Below, piece by piece: positions 10,103-19,841 of a stretch of 64,000 nucleotides of DNA. The stretch comes from a virus. Taxonomy: Duplodnaviria > Caudoviricetes. The notes beneath the pieces are model-generated. The model did not search any database, had not been told where the DNA came from, and saw only the letters and a list, made by a program, of their open reading frames with translations. Position numbers and translations under genes: made by a program. The stretch is taken from positions 20,736 to 84,735 of the IMG/VR virus record IMGVR_UViG_3300020183_000042, one strand, 5' to 3'. Positions within the stretch are counted from its first letter, which is position 1. Each line of letters starts with the position of its first letter.

Positions 10103-10729
10103 TTAAATTCCTAGTAAACTATATCCTCCATCAATAATAATATTTTGACCAGTCATATTTCTGTTATTAAGTAAAAAAGTACATAAGTCAGCTATGTCTG
10201 ATGGTTGGGTCATACCTAGTGGTATGTTGTCTTGTAGATATTGTATTCTATCTTTAGAATTATTTTTTTCTGTTAATGGAGTTAATACAAACCCAGGAGA
10301 AATCATATTCACTTTAATATTATCAGAAGCCATCTCTATGGCTAATGTTTTAATCGCACCATACATTCCATGTTTTGATACAGTATAGGCCAATCTTCCT
10401 GCTCTAGTTTCTGTCGCATACAATGATCCTATCGCTATAATATTAGCTCCATTATTAAATTTGATTTGTTTACACAATTCTATAAAAGATAATGTATTAA
10501 CTTTTATTGTATCAATTAAATTTTGCTTTGTTAATTCTTTATAGCTGCAAGGCTTATTTATTCCAGCACAATAAATCAGTGCATCAATATTAGAAAATTC
10601 TGTAATAAATTCAGTTGATAAATCAAAACTATCACGAGATACACAGAAAATATTATGGTTAGATTTAGCACAATATTGCTTAATAGTTGAACCAATACCA
10701 CCTGTTGAACCAGTTAAAATAATATTCAT
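10103..10729 (-). CDS. Short-chain dehydrogenase/reductase
   Basis: TGSTGGIG, YTVSK, VN..SPG, TGQ.I.IDGG. Confidence 0.9.
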   Translation of the reverse strand: MNIILTGSTGGIGSTIKQYCAKSNHNIFCVSRDSFDLSTEFITEFSNIDALIYCAGINKPCSYKELTKQNLIDTIKVNTLSFIELCKQIKFNNGANIIAIGSLYATETRAGRLAYTVSKHGMYGAIKTLAIEMASDNIKVNMISPGFVLTPLTEKNNSKDRIQYLQDNIPLGMTQPSDIADLCTFLLNNRNMTGQNIIIDGGYSLLGI

Positions 10730-11898
10730 TAAAACGAATCCGATATATACATGTCAGTTAATAATCCTGGAATTATTTTGCCACTATTATCAACTCCTTT
10801 GTGTGTTACCTTTGGTTCATGTCTTTCTTTGGGGTGTGTGAAAACCTCAACAAAACATGGTTTATTATAGTTTTTAGCCTCTTTTAGACAAGTATCAATT
10901 TCATAGTTTGATCTAATAGATAAATATTTTATATCAAATGCATTACATACAGATTGAAAATTTGGTGTTGTTACACCATTTTGTGGCCCACTAGCAAATT
11001 CTAAACCTTGAAAGAAAGATTCCTGGCTCAGTTTAATTGATAAATATCCATCGTTATTAACTAATAATATTGTAATTGGTAAGTTATAGTGTTTGAGAGT
11101 TTGTAATTCTTGTAAATTCATCATTATACTTCCGTCGCCCTCAATACAAATAGTCGGGCTTTTATTATTTGCTATACAAGCGCCTATACTAGCAGGCAAC
11201 CCATAACCCATGCTCGCACAACCTACATTAGTAAAAAGTCTTTGTCCAGAATGGAGTTGGTAGGTTTGTAGTGTAATGACATGCGCACTACCATTGCTCG
11301 TGACTATTGTTTCTTTTTCCCAGATGTTTTTTGCACGATTTATTAGTTCATAAAAACTAGCATAGCCTTGAATATTTTTATGTTTAGGATAGACATATTG
11401 TTGTTTAAATCTAATATTTTTGATATATTCTAACCAATTATTTTTAGTAATTAAGTTGGGATATTCTTCAATTTCTGTGAAAAAAACGCGAAGATCTGTT
11501 ATTATTTTGAGATGTATTGGAAATGGATGTTTTGATGCTTCATTATCATCGATATCGATAATTATTTTTTTAGAATTTGGAGAAAACTCTTTGGTGTTAT
11601 AGCCTGTCATTTTAACTGGCAGTCTGGTCCCCAAACAAATTAAAAGATCGGCTTCTTGAACGATCTGATTAGATGTCAATTGACCTAGGATTCCTATTCT
11701 TCCCATGTAATTCATATATGTATTATCAATACAATCTAGCCCAGAATGTGGACCAGTAACAACTGGTAATTGGTATTTTTGTAAAAAATCTAATAATTTT
11801 TTACAAGTATTAGATAGACATATTCCGTTACCAACTATAACCAGTGGTCTTTCAGACTGTTCAATCATTTTAAATAGATTATCTAATAGATTTTTCAT
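10729..11898 (-). CDS. ThDP-dependent enzyme (acetolactate synthase/YerE-like), central and C-terminal domains
   Basis: SMGYGLPASIG, EGDGS.MMNLQEL, NNDGY ThDP-binding motif; lacks N-terminal domain. Confidence 0.85.
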   Translation of the reverse strand: MKNLLDNLFKMIEQSERPLVIVGNGICLSNTCKKLLDFLQKYQLPVVTGPHSGLDCIDNTYMNYMGRIGILGQLTSNQIVQEADLLICLGTRLPVKMTGYNTKEFSPNSKKIIIDIDDNEASKHPFPIHLKIITDLRVFFTEIEEYPNLITKNNWLEYIKNIRFKQQYVYPKHKNIQGYASFYELINRAKNIWEKETIVTSNGSAHVITLQTYQLHSGQRLFTNVGCASMGYGLPASIGACIANNKSPTICIEGDGSIMMNLQELQTLKHYNLPITILLVNNDGYLSIKLSQESFFQGLEFASGPQNGVTTPNFQSVCNAFDIKYLSIRSNYEIDTCLKEAKNYNKPCFVEVFTHPKERHEPKVTHKGVDNSGKIIPGLLTDMYISDSF

Positions 11899-12424
11899 CA
11901 ACCATAGCTCCTTGAATATCTAATGGAATATCTATCCAAACTGGACCTGGGCGACCACTAAGACAAATTTCATATGCTTTATTTAGTTCATAAACTATAT
12001 CTTCAGCATTTTTTATCATTACTGCATATTTAGTAATATTAGAAACTAATTTAACAATATCAAATTCTTGATCGCCAATTTGTCTACACCCAGTTCCTTG
12101 TGATAATTGTGATCTTGGAACTTGTCCTGATATAAAAAATCCAGGTATACTATCGAGCCACATGCCAAGTACGCCAGTAATAGTATTTGTGCCGCCTGGA
12201 CCAGTAGTAACAATATTTCCACACAGTCTATTAGATTGTCTGTAATAACCCTCCGCAGCCATAGCCAACGCTTGTTCATGATGAAAACAATATGTTGATA
12301 GACTATGATCTGCTTTACGCAAACTATCTATTAAATGTATACATCCACCACCCGAGATTGTGAATACATCACATATTTTTTTAGCAATTAAAAAATCAAT
12401 AACAAGATCAGAAATTTTTTTCAT
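11879..12424 (-). CDS. ThDP-dependent enzyme, N-terminal (Pyr) domain as a separate ORF
   Basis: HHEQA..MAAEGY, TTGPGGTN, SGRPGPVWIDIPLDIQ. Confidence 0.85.
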   Translation of the reverse strand: MKKISDLVIDFLIAKKICDVFTISGGGCIHLIDSLRKADHSLSTYCFHHEQALAMAAEGYYRQSNRLCGNIVTTGPGGTNTITGVLGMWLDSIPGFFISGQVPRSQLSQGTGCRQIGDQEFDIVKLVSNITKYAVMIKNAEDIVYELNKAYEICLSGRPGPVWIDIPLDIQGAMVDEKSIR

Positions 12425-13578
12425 GTGATATCATTATATGTTAATGGATCATCTTTTTTTAGATTGTTTTTAGCCACACAATCTTTTTCTATAAAGTTAC
12501 GAGAAGATAGTTGTCCTATTTCTTTTTGATATGGTATTGCACTATATAAATGATTTATAGTAATTTTTTCACCCTCCTTGATATTTTTCTTAAGATACAA
12601 TCCTCTATATAGAGATTCTAAGTATTCTGTTTCTTTTTGATCTATAGTTCTTCTTTCATCATATGATGTTCCACACATGGTCTGAGCGGTATGAAATGCC
12701 TTAAACCATTCGTCTATTTGATGTGGTAAAGAGCAATAGGATGATACTTCTTTTTGAATATGATTTTTAGGATATGGTATATCTATATGTCTTTCCCAAG
12801 TGCGAGCGCCCTTAGCGTAGGATATTAGCATAGATGAATGCCAATCATGGTATTCGTGTGTTGACAACCCAATCGTAATATTTGGGTACCTATTTCTTAG
12901 GTAATCTATTTGATCTAATTCAAGCTCATTATCTTCGCTTGGATATTTAGAAACACAATGATTTAATGCTAATGATATCTTTCTATTTAAAAAAAACTTA
13001 ACACTATCATCTATTTGTTTTTCGTTGGCTCCACCAGTTGATAAAATAATTGGTTTTTTTGTATTAGCTAACTTATTAAGTAAAACCCAATCATTAAGAT
13101 CCGAACTAGCAACCTTAATAATAGGTATATCAAATTTTACACACAAATCAACTGATGGTTCATCAAAAGCTGTTGCCATAGGTATACAGCCATTCTCTTT
13201 TATATAATTAACTAATTCCTCAAATTCTTCTTTAGATAATTTTGTATAGCTGGTCTTTTCTATATATCTTAGCCTTTTTGGTAAACTATTAAGATCTTTT
13301 TCTTGTTTAGCTTTAAAGTCTTTGTGAATAAAACTATCTACATCTCGAAATTGAAGTTTAATTGATGCTTTAATATTATTATCTTTAACTACTCTAGAGA
13401 ATTCTCTAATGATTTTTTTACCTCTAGATACTGAACCCCAGTGGTTATTAGCTAGTTCTAGAACAAATAGATTATCAAAAATATTCATATTATAAAATTT
13501 AGTTTCAGAATCATACATTTGACAAAATCTAGAACCTATAAATCCGCTACTTCCGAATACTGAGATTTTATTGTTCAT
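12421..13578 (-). CDS. NeuB/SpsE-family nonulosonic acid synthase with SAF domain; first 30 aa look like an epimerase remnant (core start 13488)
   Basis: ELANNH.G, KLQ, KVASSD, LSTG, HCVSKYP, GLSTH, ERH motifs. Confidence 0.85.
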   Translation of the reverse strand: MNNKISVFGSSGFIGSRFCQMYDSETKFYNMNIFDNLFVLELANNHWGSVSRGKKIIREFSRVVKDNNIKASIKLQFRDVDSFIHKDFKAKQEKDLNSLPKRLRYIEKTSYTKLSKEEFEELVNYIKENGCIPMATAFDEPSVDLCVKFDIPIIKVASSDLNDWVLLNKLANTKKPIILSTGGANEKQIDDSVKFFLNRKISLALNHCVSKYPSEDNELELDQIDYLRNRYPNITIGLSTHEYHDWHSSMLISYAKGARTWERHIDIPYPKNHIQKEVSSYCSLPHQIDEWFKAFHTAQTMCGTSYDERRTIDQKETEYLESLYRGLYLKKNIKEGEKITINHLYSAIPYQKEIGQLSSRNFIEKDCVAKNNLKKDDPLTYNDIT

Positions 13579-13887
13579 TTATAACCAATCCTTAGTATTC
13601 ATATTTTTATCATCAATAAATAAATCATAATTAGGCTTACCAAACTTTAAACCGTGATATTGAACTCCCCATTCTTTGAATTGATTTTTTGTAACTTCTG
13701 TCCAATCTAAGCCGGTTGCTGTTCCTCTGGCAGTCCAATAGATTATAGTATGACCATCATCATATAATTTATTAGCTTTTATTATATTTTCTATAATAGG
13801 AGTACTACTTATATAGTCTGGCTTATTAGGACTATGGCAGATAGTTTCGTCAATATCGATATATATGATCATTTTAATTAAATTCAC
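13579..13887 (-). CDS. HAD-like (capsule biosynthesis-type) phosphatase
   Basis: DIDETI, WTARG, FGKP..D.FIDDK. Confidence 0.8.
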   Translation of the reverse strand: MNLIKMIIYIDIDETICHSPNKPDYISSTPIIENIIKANKLYDDGHTIIYWTARGTATGLDWTEVTKNQFKEWGVQYHGLKFGKPNYDLFIDDKNMNTKDWL

Positions 13888-14623
13888 TAGTTGTATTAGT
13901 TATTCTTGGTATATTAAATTGTAGATTTGATTCTGATAAAGGAATATTTTTATCTTTAAAATAATTGGCTAATGGTGATTCAAAATCTACATTTATATAA
14001 TCATGGTCATACCAATAAGATTCTACATGGTCGTAATATTGAGATCTAAGTTCAACATAATCGATATTTCCGTGAAAAAATATGTCTTGTGTAAAATTAT
14101 CGCTAGAATATTTAGTTTTTGATAATACTAAATTTGGATTTTCAAGTTCTTTAGTATCAAGTTTAGATAGAAAGTTTATATCTAGTCTGGAACAAAAAAA
14201 TCTATCATATCTGTCATATTCTTTGGCAACATCAAAAATAGTTTTAAAAGCATATAATATATATTTTGCTGCAAATCTTGGTGGGGTTTGATGGTGGTTC
14301 CATTGAGGATGATTTTCATATTTTGGTACGGCCCATTTATGGGGTATTTCGTCCCAACTTGGGTCTTTTTCTATTATTATTTTTTTAGGATTGTATGTTG
14401 CTTTAATACGATCAAAATCTGGAGTCTTTGATCCTTCGTTTTTTAATGTTTCTGCCATAGGTCTATTCCAATCATTCCACCAAGAAGTTGTGCCGGCGTT
14501 CACCCTATCCCATGTATGAATAAAAATATCTCCTGGCATAACATTATAAATATTTTGATAAAAATTTGCATAACACTTTTTCCACGTTCTACTATGTCCT
14601 GAAAAAATATATGCTATTTTCAT
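13874..14623 (-). CDS. Hypothetical protein, glycosyltransferase-like
   Basis: KIA...SG..R, DIFIHTW, YD....R.D motifs typical of sugar-cluster proteins. Confidence 0.55.
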   Translation of the reverse strand: MKIAYIFSGHSRTWKKCYANFYQNIYNVMPGDIFIHTWDRVNAGTTSWWNDWNRPMAETLKNEGSKTPDFDRIKATYNPKKIIIEKDPSWDEIPHKWAVPKYENHPQWNHHQTPPRFAAKYILYAFKTIFDVAKEYDRYDRFFCSRLDINFLSKLDTKELENPNLVLSKTKYSSDNFTQDIFFHGNIDYVELRSQYYDHVESYWYDHDYINVDFESPLANYFKDKNIPLSESNLQFNIPRITNTTSEFN

Positions 14624-14627
14624 GTAA

Positions 14628-15575
14628 TCACCATATAAACTTATTATTGTAATAAGATATTATATCTGATAATTCATCGTCAAAAATCTTAATTGGCTCC
14701 CAGCCAAGATTTCTTAATTTAGAATCATCTAAAGCATATCTTACGTCTTGTCCATGTCTATTATAAGACAAATCTATATAATCTTCTATATCAGAATAAC
14801 CACTAATGTTTAATATTTTTTTTACTGTTTCTATATTTGATTGCTCAAAACCTCCACATATATTATATATTTGGTTTTTTACTCCAGATTGTATCATAGT
14901 AATAATTGCTCTAGCAGTATCTTCTGCATGTAACCAATTTCTAATTGGTGTTCCATTATTATGTAAGGGAATTTTTCGACCAAGTTTAATATATTTACAA
15001 GTTTTAGGTATTAATTTTTCTACATATTGACCAATTCCATAATTATTAGTCGGTCTAGCAATAATATACGGGATATTATGAGTTCGGCCCCATGCAAGTA
15101 TTAACATATCTGCTGCTGCTTTTGTGGCAGCATAAGGATTGGACGGTTTTAAGATGTCGTTCTCTGTATGATCGCCACTAATAATATCTCCATAAACTTC
15201 GTCTGTGCTAATATGTAACAACGTTGGTTTTATAAAATTTTCTTGTCTATAATTTTGTATTAGTTTTAATAGATTATGAACCCCATCTATATTAGATTTT
15301 ACAAAATCGTCGCTATTAGCTATTGAATTACCAACATGGGTTTCTGCTGCTGTATTAATTATATAATCGCAGTCATATAGAAATTTTAGATCGTTTATAT
15401 CACACTTAACAAACGAAAAATTTTCAAACGAATTAAACTCTTTTAATAATTCATCATTCGCAGCATACGTTATCTTGTCAACTCCTTTTACATACCAGCC
15501 TTTATTTAGACATAATCTAGTTATGTGAGAACCTATGAATCCTAAACATCCAGTAATATAAACTACTTTTGTCAT
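14628..15575 (-). CDS. rfbB: dTDP-glucose 4,6-dehydratase
   Basis: TGCLGFIGS, DKITYA, AAETHV, STDEVYG, PSNPYAATKA, NNYG, R.GQD.RY. Confidence 0.88.
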   Translation of the reverse strand: MTKVVYITGCLGFIGSHITRLCLNKGWYVKGVDKITYAANDELLKEFNSFENFSFVKCDINDLKFLYDCDYIINTAAETHVGNSIANSDDFVKSNIDGVHNLLKLIQNYRQENFIKPTLLHISTDEVYGDIISGDHTENDILKPSNPYAATKAAADMLILAWGRTHNIPYIIARPTNNYGIGQYVEKLIPKTCKYIKLGRKIPLHNNGTPIRNWLHAEDTARAIITMIQSGVKNQIYNICGGFEQSNIETVKKILNISGYSDIEDYIDLSYNRHGQDVRYALDDSKLRNLGWEPIKIFDDELSDIISYYNNKFIW

Positions 15576-15576
15576 T

Positions 15577-16143
15577 TTATTTTTGATAATGATAAATAAA
15601 CACGTCTAGATTAGACCAAATATCTTCGATAAGATTTGTAATAAATTTCCAGTCACCACCAGCCAATCCACAACCAAATTTTGGAGCATGAATCTGTACT
15701 TTATTATCTCTATCAAAATTATTAGCAATAAATTTATTAATACCACTCATACTTTTACATAAAGCAAAATAGTTTAATGGTCTAGTATTTCTAGTATTAA
15801 TTACACCATTCTGTGATATCATATTGGCAAAAATTAGTTTATGCCCATAATTTGTATCTTTAGCAACTTCAACGAATTGAGTATATCCTAAATTATTGTT
15901 TAAAAAATTTTGACCAAGAAGATGATAATTTTCTTTTACCAAAGGATAATGCTTGGAAACAGCAGCAGCAAATCCAGCCCCAAATAAATCGATATTATTA
16001 CATACATGAGGAACTATAATGCTACTACCATTATTTCCTTGTCGAATATATGTGTCGACATAATTAAAAATATCACCATTGATATTAACAATATTTGATT
16101 TATTGTATACTACTATAGGAATCATTATTAGATTTCTAACCAT
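15577..16143 (-). CDS. Macro-domain protein (ADP-ribose processing)
   Basis: HVCNN...GAGFA, PKFGCGLAGGDW. Confidence 0.85.
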   Translation of the reverse strand: MVRNLIMIPIVVYNKSNIVNINGDIFNYVDTYIRQGNNGSSIIVPHVCNNIDLFGAGFAAAVSKHYPLVKENYHLLGQNFLNNNLGYTQFVEVAKDTNYGHKLIFANMISQNGVINTRNTRPLNYFALCKSMSGINKFIANNFDRDNKVQIHAPKFGCGLAGGDWKFITNLIEDIWSNLDVFIYHYQK

Positions 16144-16373
16144 TTATTAATAGGACATTGTTGATCAGACCATGCTAATTTGTTAAGGAATTGTTTTTTA
16201 TTTGAAATATTACATCCACAAATCCCACACTGACTATTAATTTTATCAAAATCTTCACACGCTATACATATAGCATATCTTTGGTTTATTTGTTCTTGAC
16301 TACTTTTAGGAAGTCCTCTTTTAATATGCCACAACAAAGATTTAATAAAAGTTTTAAGTTTAAGAAACCACAT
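16128..16373 (-). CDS. Small Cys-rich protein (DUF6171-like)
   Basis: R..IC..C...C.ICGC...K......CP..KW pattern. Confidence 0.65.
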   Translation of the reverse strand: MWFLKLKTFIKSLLWHIKRGLPKSSQEQINQRYAICIACEDFDKINSQCGICGCNISNKKQFLNKLAWSDQQCPINKWLEI

Positions 16374-16596
16374 TATTTTTTTCTCTTATTTTAATTGGAA
16401 TAATATTATTATCTTTATCAAGACTGAAGATAGGGTCGGTTTCTATAACAGTTTTAGATTCTAGCCATTTAGGAGAACCATCATTTAATGAATAACACAG
16501 TTTATCTCCGTTGCGTTTAAAATCAATAGTTAAGATATAAAGATTATTTTCATATCTAAAACTATCTCCTGGAGATATTTCTTCCAAATATTTCAT
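16360..16596 (-). CDS. Hypothetical protein
   Basis: ORF tightly coupled to neighbours. Confidence 0.6.
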   Translation of the reverse strand: MKYLEEISPGDSFRYENNLYILTIDFKRNGDKLCYSLNDGSPKWLESKTVIETDPIFSLDKDNNIIPIKIREKNNVVS

Positions 16597-16784
16597 TAGT
16601 ATTTCCTATAATAATCAATATCATCTAGAATCTCATCCTCGATAATCTCTCTCATTTTATTCTTGAATGCTTTTTTAGCTTTATTGGCAAACTTTTGATC
16701 ATCACTTATATGATCTTTATTCTTCTGTTTATTACCAATAGGTTTACGAGATTTTCTTTTATCTCTATCGAAATCATCGGCCAT
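16596..16784 (-). CDS. Hypothetical charged protein
   Basis: GGAG RBS upstream; TAATG coupling to next gene. Confidence 0.6.
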   Translation of the reverse strand: MADDFDRDKRKSRKPIGNKQKNKDHISDDQKFANKAKKAFKNKMREIIEDEILDDIDYYRKY

Positions 16785-16840
16785 TTATACCATATCTCCG
16801 TTTTCTTTAAAATAGGTGTGAAGACAGTTTCGGTCAAGTT

Positions 16841-17593
16841 TTATCGTTTTTTATTTTTTAGGATCCAGTCAATAAATCTAGATACTCTAGTATGACCAGA
16901 CTCATCGCCGTATCCAGAGTTTGTATTTTTATCAGCGGCCATAACACAAGAGTTTATTCCAACTAATTCATTATCCCAATACATTGGACCACCGCTATCT
17001 CCACTTGCTATGAGAAATTCTAGTTTTGTTCTATTTGGATCATCATTTCTGGAAGGAGAACATATTAACATATCCCTAAACACACCATCAACAACATTAG
17101 ACCCTGCTCTTTTTTTACCATCGCAAGTTCTTTTACTACCAGTAAAAGTTCCAGTAAATCCGTATCCCGCTATGGAAACTATTTGACCCACCTCATCATC
17201 TCCCTCATAAAGCTTAGGATAAAAATCTAACCCAAATGATTTTTCTGAATAACCTAGCGCTATATCCGCTATGCCAAAACTATTTTCACTATAGTTTTCA
17301 TGAATAATAATTTCTGAAATACAGTATTTTTTACCATTTAATGTGAAGATACAACTACTAGCATTTGTTGCAACGTGGGCTGCGGTAAGAATGTGATGGT
17401 CATCTATAGCAACAGCGGACGCTACAAAAAACTTAGTAATATCATCACCATAATTACCAGATAACGCACCAGTGTGAATGAACCGTTTGCCAAATTCTAT
17501 ATATTTTGAATCTGAAACATTAGGATCTATAGTGCCAGCACTTATTTGTGAAACCATTATTAATAAACAAATCAAAATTATATATCTAAACAT
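16841..17593 (-). CDS. Secreted trypsin-like serine protease
   Basis: Signal peptide, LTAAHV, DIAL, GDSGGP. Confidence 0.9.
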   Translation of the reverse strand: MFRYIILICLLIMVSQISAGTIDPNVSDSKYIEFGKRFIHTGALSGNYGDDITKFFVASAVAIDDHHILTAAHVATNASSCIFTLNGKKYCISEIIIHENYSENSFGIADIALGYSEKSFGLDFYPKLYEGDDEVGQIVSIAGYGFTGTFTGSKRTCDGKKRAGSNVVDGVFRDMLICSPSRNDDPNRTKLEFLIASGDSGGPMYWDNELVGINSCVMAADKNTNSGYGDESGHTRVSRFIDWILKNKKR

Positions 17594-17611
17594 TTCAACA
17601 CCTCTTTTTAA

Positions 17612-17923
17612 CTAACGACGAGGTTTATTTTTTACTTTATTTAGGTACACTTTACAGTCACTTATTACCTCTTTATTCCAGCTTTTATAGTCCATTAAGT
17701 GGCCAAATAAGAAATGACAAGGATCATCACAAAGGGTAATGAGATTGCTAGGGTCTAATTCTCTATCTGGATTGCAATGAACCGGCTCTATATGGTGAAC
17801 CTCTAATTTTTTATTTCTTCCACAAGCCGCACAAACTGGCTGACTACTCAGGTGTTCTTTCCTTACGCTGCTCCACTTTGGTGATCTATATGCGTATCTT
17901 AAAAATTTTCTAAAATTAAACAT
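17612..17923 (-). CDS. HNH endonuclease
   Basis: CAAC...EVHHI....N LITLC..CH. Confidence 0.85.
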   Translation of the reverse strand: MFNFRKFLRYAYRSPKWSSVRKEHLSSQPVCAACGRNKKLEVHHIEPVHCNPDRELDPSNLITLCDDPCHFLFGHLMDYKSWNKEVISDCKVYLNKVKNKPRR

Positions 17924-17935
17924 TACTTAATACTC

Positions 17936-18163
17936 TCATATTTTTTTTATGTCATCTATAAACTTCTCCACAGAAATAATGTTCATCCATTCATATCTGT
18001 ATATTAGAAAATTATGGTAGTTTAATTCAATATCATTGATACGTATTGTTTTTTGAGATCCCTCTTTGATTATACCACACCCATAATCAGTATCGACAAC
18101 AAACATAGACAGATCGGTTCTGGTCGATTCATATTCTATAATACTTTCGAGGCTATCAAACAA
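17936..18163 (-). pseudogene. C-terminal fragment resembling class I SAM-methyltransferase tails
   Basis: VVDTDYGCGII...Y..F.....MNIIS..F; TTG start inside actin gene; no catalytic core. Confidence 0.45.
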
Positions 18164-19137
18164 CCCTTAGACACCGCATGTAATGGGTCGCTAGCGTGAG
18201 CAACCTCTTTAATTGGCAATGGAAAATTGTTTTCTTGTAGTTTTTGACTAAAGATTTCAATATATCCTTTTGCTTGAGATGTTCCTCCAGCAACCACAAT
18301 TTTAAGCGGACTTTTGAATTTGGGCAATGATTTATGATTGGTTAATGCAAAAGCTAGTTGTTTAGCCGTATAATCTATAAGTCTTTCATAATAAGCAGAT
18401 ACGGCGGATAACACATGATTATCATTGGGTTCACCGATTTTAAAATCGCCCCCCTCCTTCTCTGCCTGAACAACACTGTCTGGCTCTCCGGTTGCTACGG
18501 CGCTCATACGATCAATCCAGTCGCCGCTCTTGGTGGTACTAAAAACCACTGTTGGTTCGCCGTTAAGCATAACACAAACATTTGTCATACCAGCACCACA
18601 ACTAATAGCAACCCCGGTATAATCATCACCCTCTAATTCTGCATAACATAATGCTTCTGCCTCATTGATTGAGCGAGCATCATAACCACACTCTGCTAAT
18701 ACGGTTTTTACCACATCCTCATGATATCCCACATCAAAATCCTCATCTTCTTGGTCTACTGGTTGAGCAGGAACGCAGAACACTAACTTTTCTCCCGACT
18801 CTGATGCTGTTCCGACTACTTCTTTGAGAATAAAAGCGAGGATACGTTTTGCATCTTTTTCTTTTGCTGATACAACACCCCTATACATTGGGCGTTTTGC
18901 CGCATCGTTTCTTTCGACAGCTTTTTCTATAGCATCTTTACCAAGAATAATAAATGATCCGTCAGAATCTTTGATAAAAACCTTGCCAGACAAACCTTTC
19001 TCGATCATTTTTGTGGCTACTGGTGTGGTTGGTTTGATAATATAAAATGCGTCCCTAAAATCTTTGTATTGTATATTACCGTTAACTTCTTGTGATAATA
19101 CAATAAAACTTGTGCCTACATCTAAGCCACGACTCAT
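18136..19137 (-). CDS. Actin-like ATPase, volactin-like family
   Basis: GLDVGT (phosphate 1), RPM..G, VPAQP.D, YHE, INEA.A, ISCGAGMTNVC (phosphate 2), GDWID, AGGTS (adenosine). Confidence 0.85.
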   Translation of the reverse strand: MSRGLDVGTSFIVLSQEVNGNIQYKDFRDAFYIIKPTTPVATKMIEKGLSGKVFIKDSDGSFIILGKDAIEKAVERNDAAKRPMYRGVVSAKEKDAKRILAFILKEVVGTASESGEKLVFCVPAQPVDQEDEDFDVGYHEDVVKTVLAECGYDARSINEAEALCYAELEGDDYTGVAISCGAGMTNVCVMLNGEPTVVFSTTKSGDWIDRMSAVATGEPDSVVQAEKEGGDFKIGEPNDNHVLSAVSAYYERLIDYTAKQLAFALTNHKSLPKFKSPLKIVVAGGTSQAKGYIEIFSQKLQENNFPLPIKEVAHASDPLHAVSKGCLIASKVL

Positions 19138-19141
19138 AATA

Positions 19142-19468
19142 TTACCTCTTTAAGTTTTTAAGTTTATTTACGGAGTTGGAGATATTCTCTTCTGTTTGTT
19201 TTACATCTCCAAGATTATCGTATTTACGCTCCATTCCATCTGTTTTAATATCTACCACAAACCTTTTGTCATCAATAGATAGGTTGTTAACCACACGTTC
19301 TTTTTGGTCTTTTTGTTGTTTGAAAAATGATTGTGGACTATTATATACACCTTTTGAGGTAAAGACCCCTATAAAATAGCCAATAAGACCACAAATAAGA
19401 TTGAGTATTATTAGTATAGAAATTACTATAGCATCATTTGATAGAGACATTGGATAACCATTGTTCAT
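19142..19468 (-). CDS. Single-pass membrane protein upstream of the actin homolog
   Basis: N-terminal TM helix, charged cytoplasmic tail. Confidence 0.65.
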   Translation of the reverse strand: MNNGYPMSLSNDAIVISILIILNLICGLIGYFIGVFTSKGVYNSPQSFFKQQKDQKERVVNNLSIDDKRFVVDIKTDGMERKYDNLGDVKQTEENISNSVNKLKNLKR

Positions 19469-19832
19469 ATTTTTTTCTTTCGTATCCTATTATAGAGGCT
19501 TTCTGTTTACCATCAACAATATATCTTGTATCTGGTAAACTCTTAATTTTATATTTATCTCTTAGTTCTTTTTCTTTAGTAATATCAATATAACATACAA
19601 TTTTACTATCTAATAAAGTGAGAAAATATCCATCGTCTATATCCTGTTTTAAGAGTCCACAAGCAGAACAAGATTTTGCACCAAATATAAGCACTATTGG
19701 TTGATCGGTGGATTCTGATAGTGATTCTGCTATGTGTAAATCATTTGCTACTGGAAAATCTGCGAATGATATTGGTATGGTAAGAGTTGATATAAAAATC
19801 ATCATGTATGTAGTAAATAATAACTTTTTCAT
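19434..19832 (-). CDS. Exported thioredoxin-fold protein
   Basis: Signal peptide, FGAKSCSAC (CxxC), SLP cis-Pro motif. Confidence 0.75.
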   Translation of the reverse strand: MKKLLFTTYMMIFISTLTIPISFADFPVANDLHIAESLSESTDQPIVLIFGAKSCSACGLLKQDIDDGYFLTLLDSKIVCYIDITKEKELRDKYKIKSLPDTRYIVDGKQKASIIGYERKKYEQWLSNVSIK

Positions 19833-19841
19833 AAAATCCCT

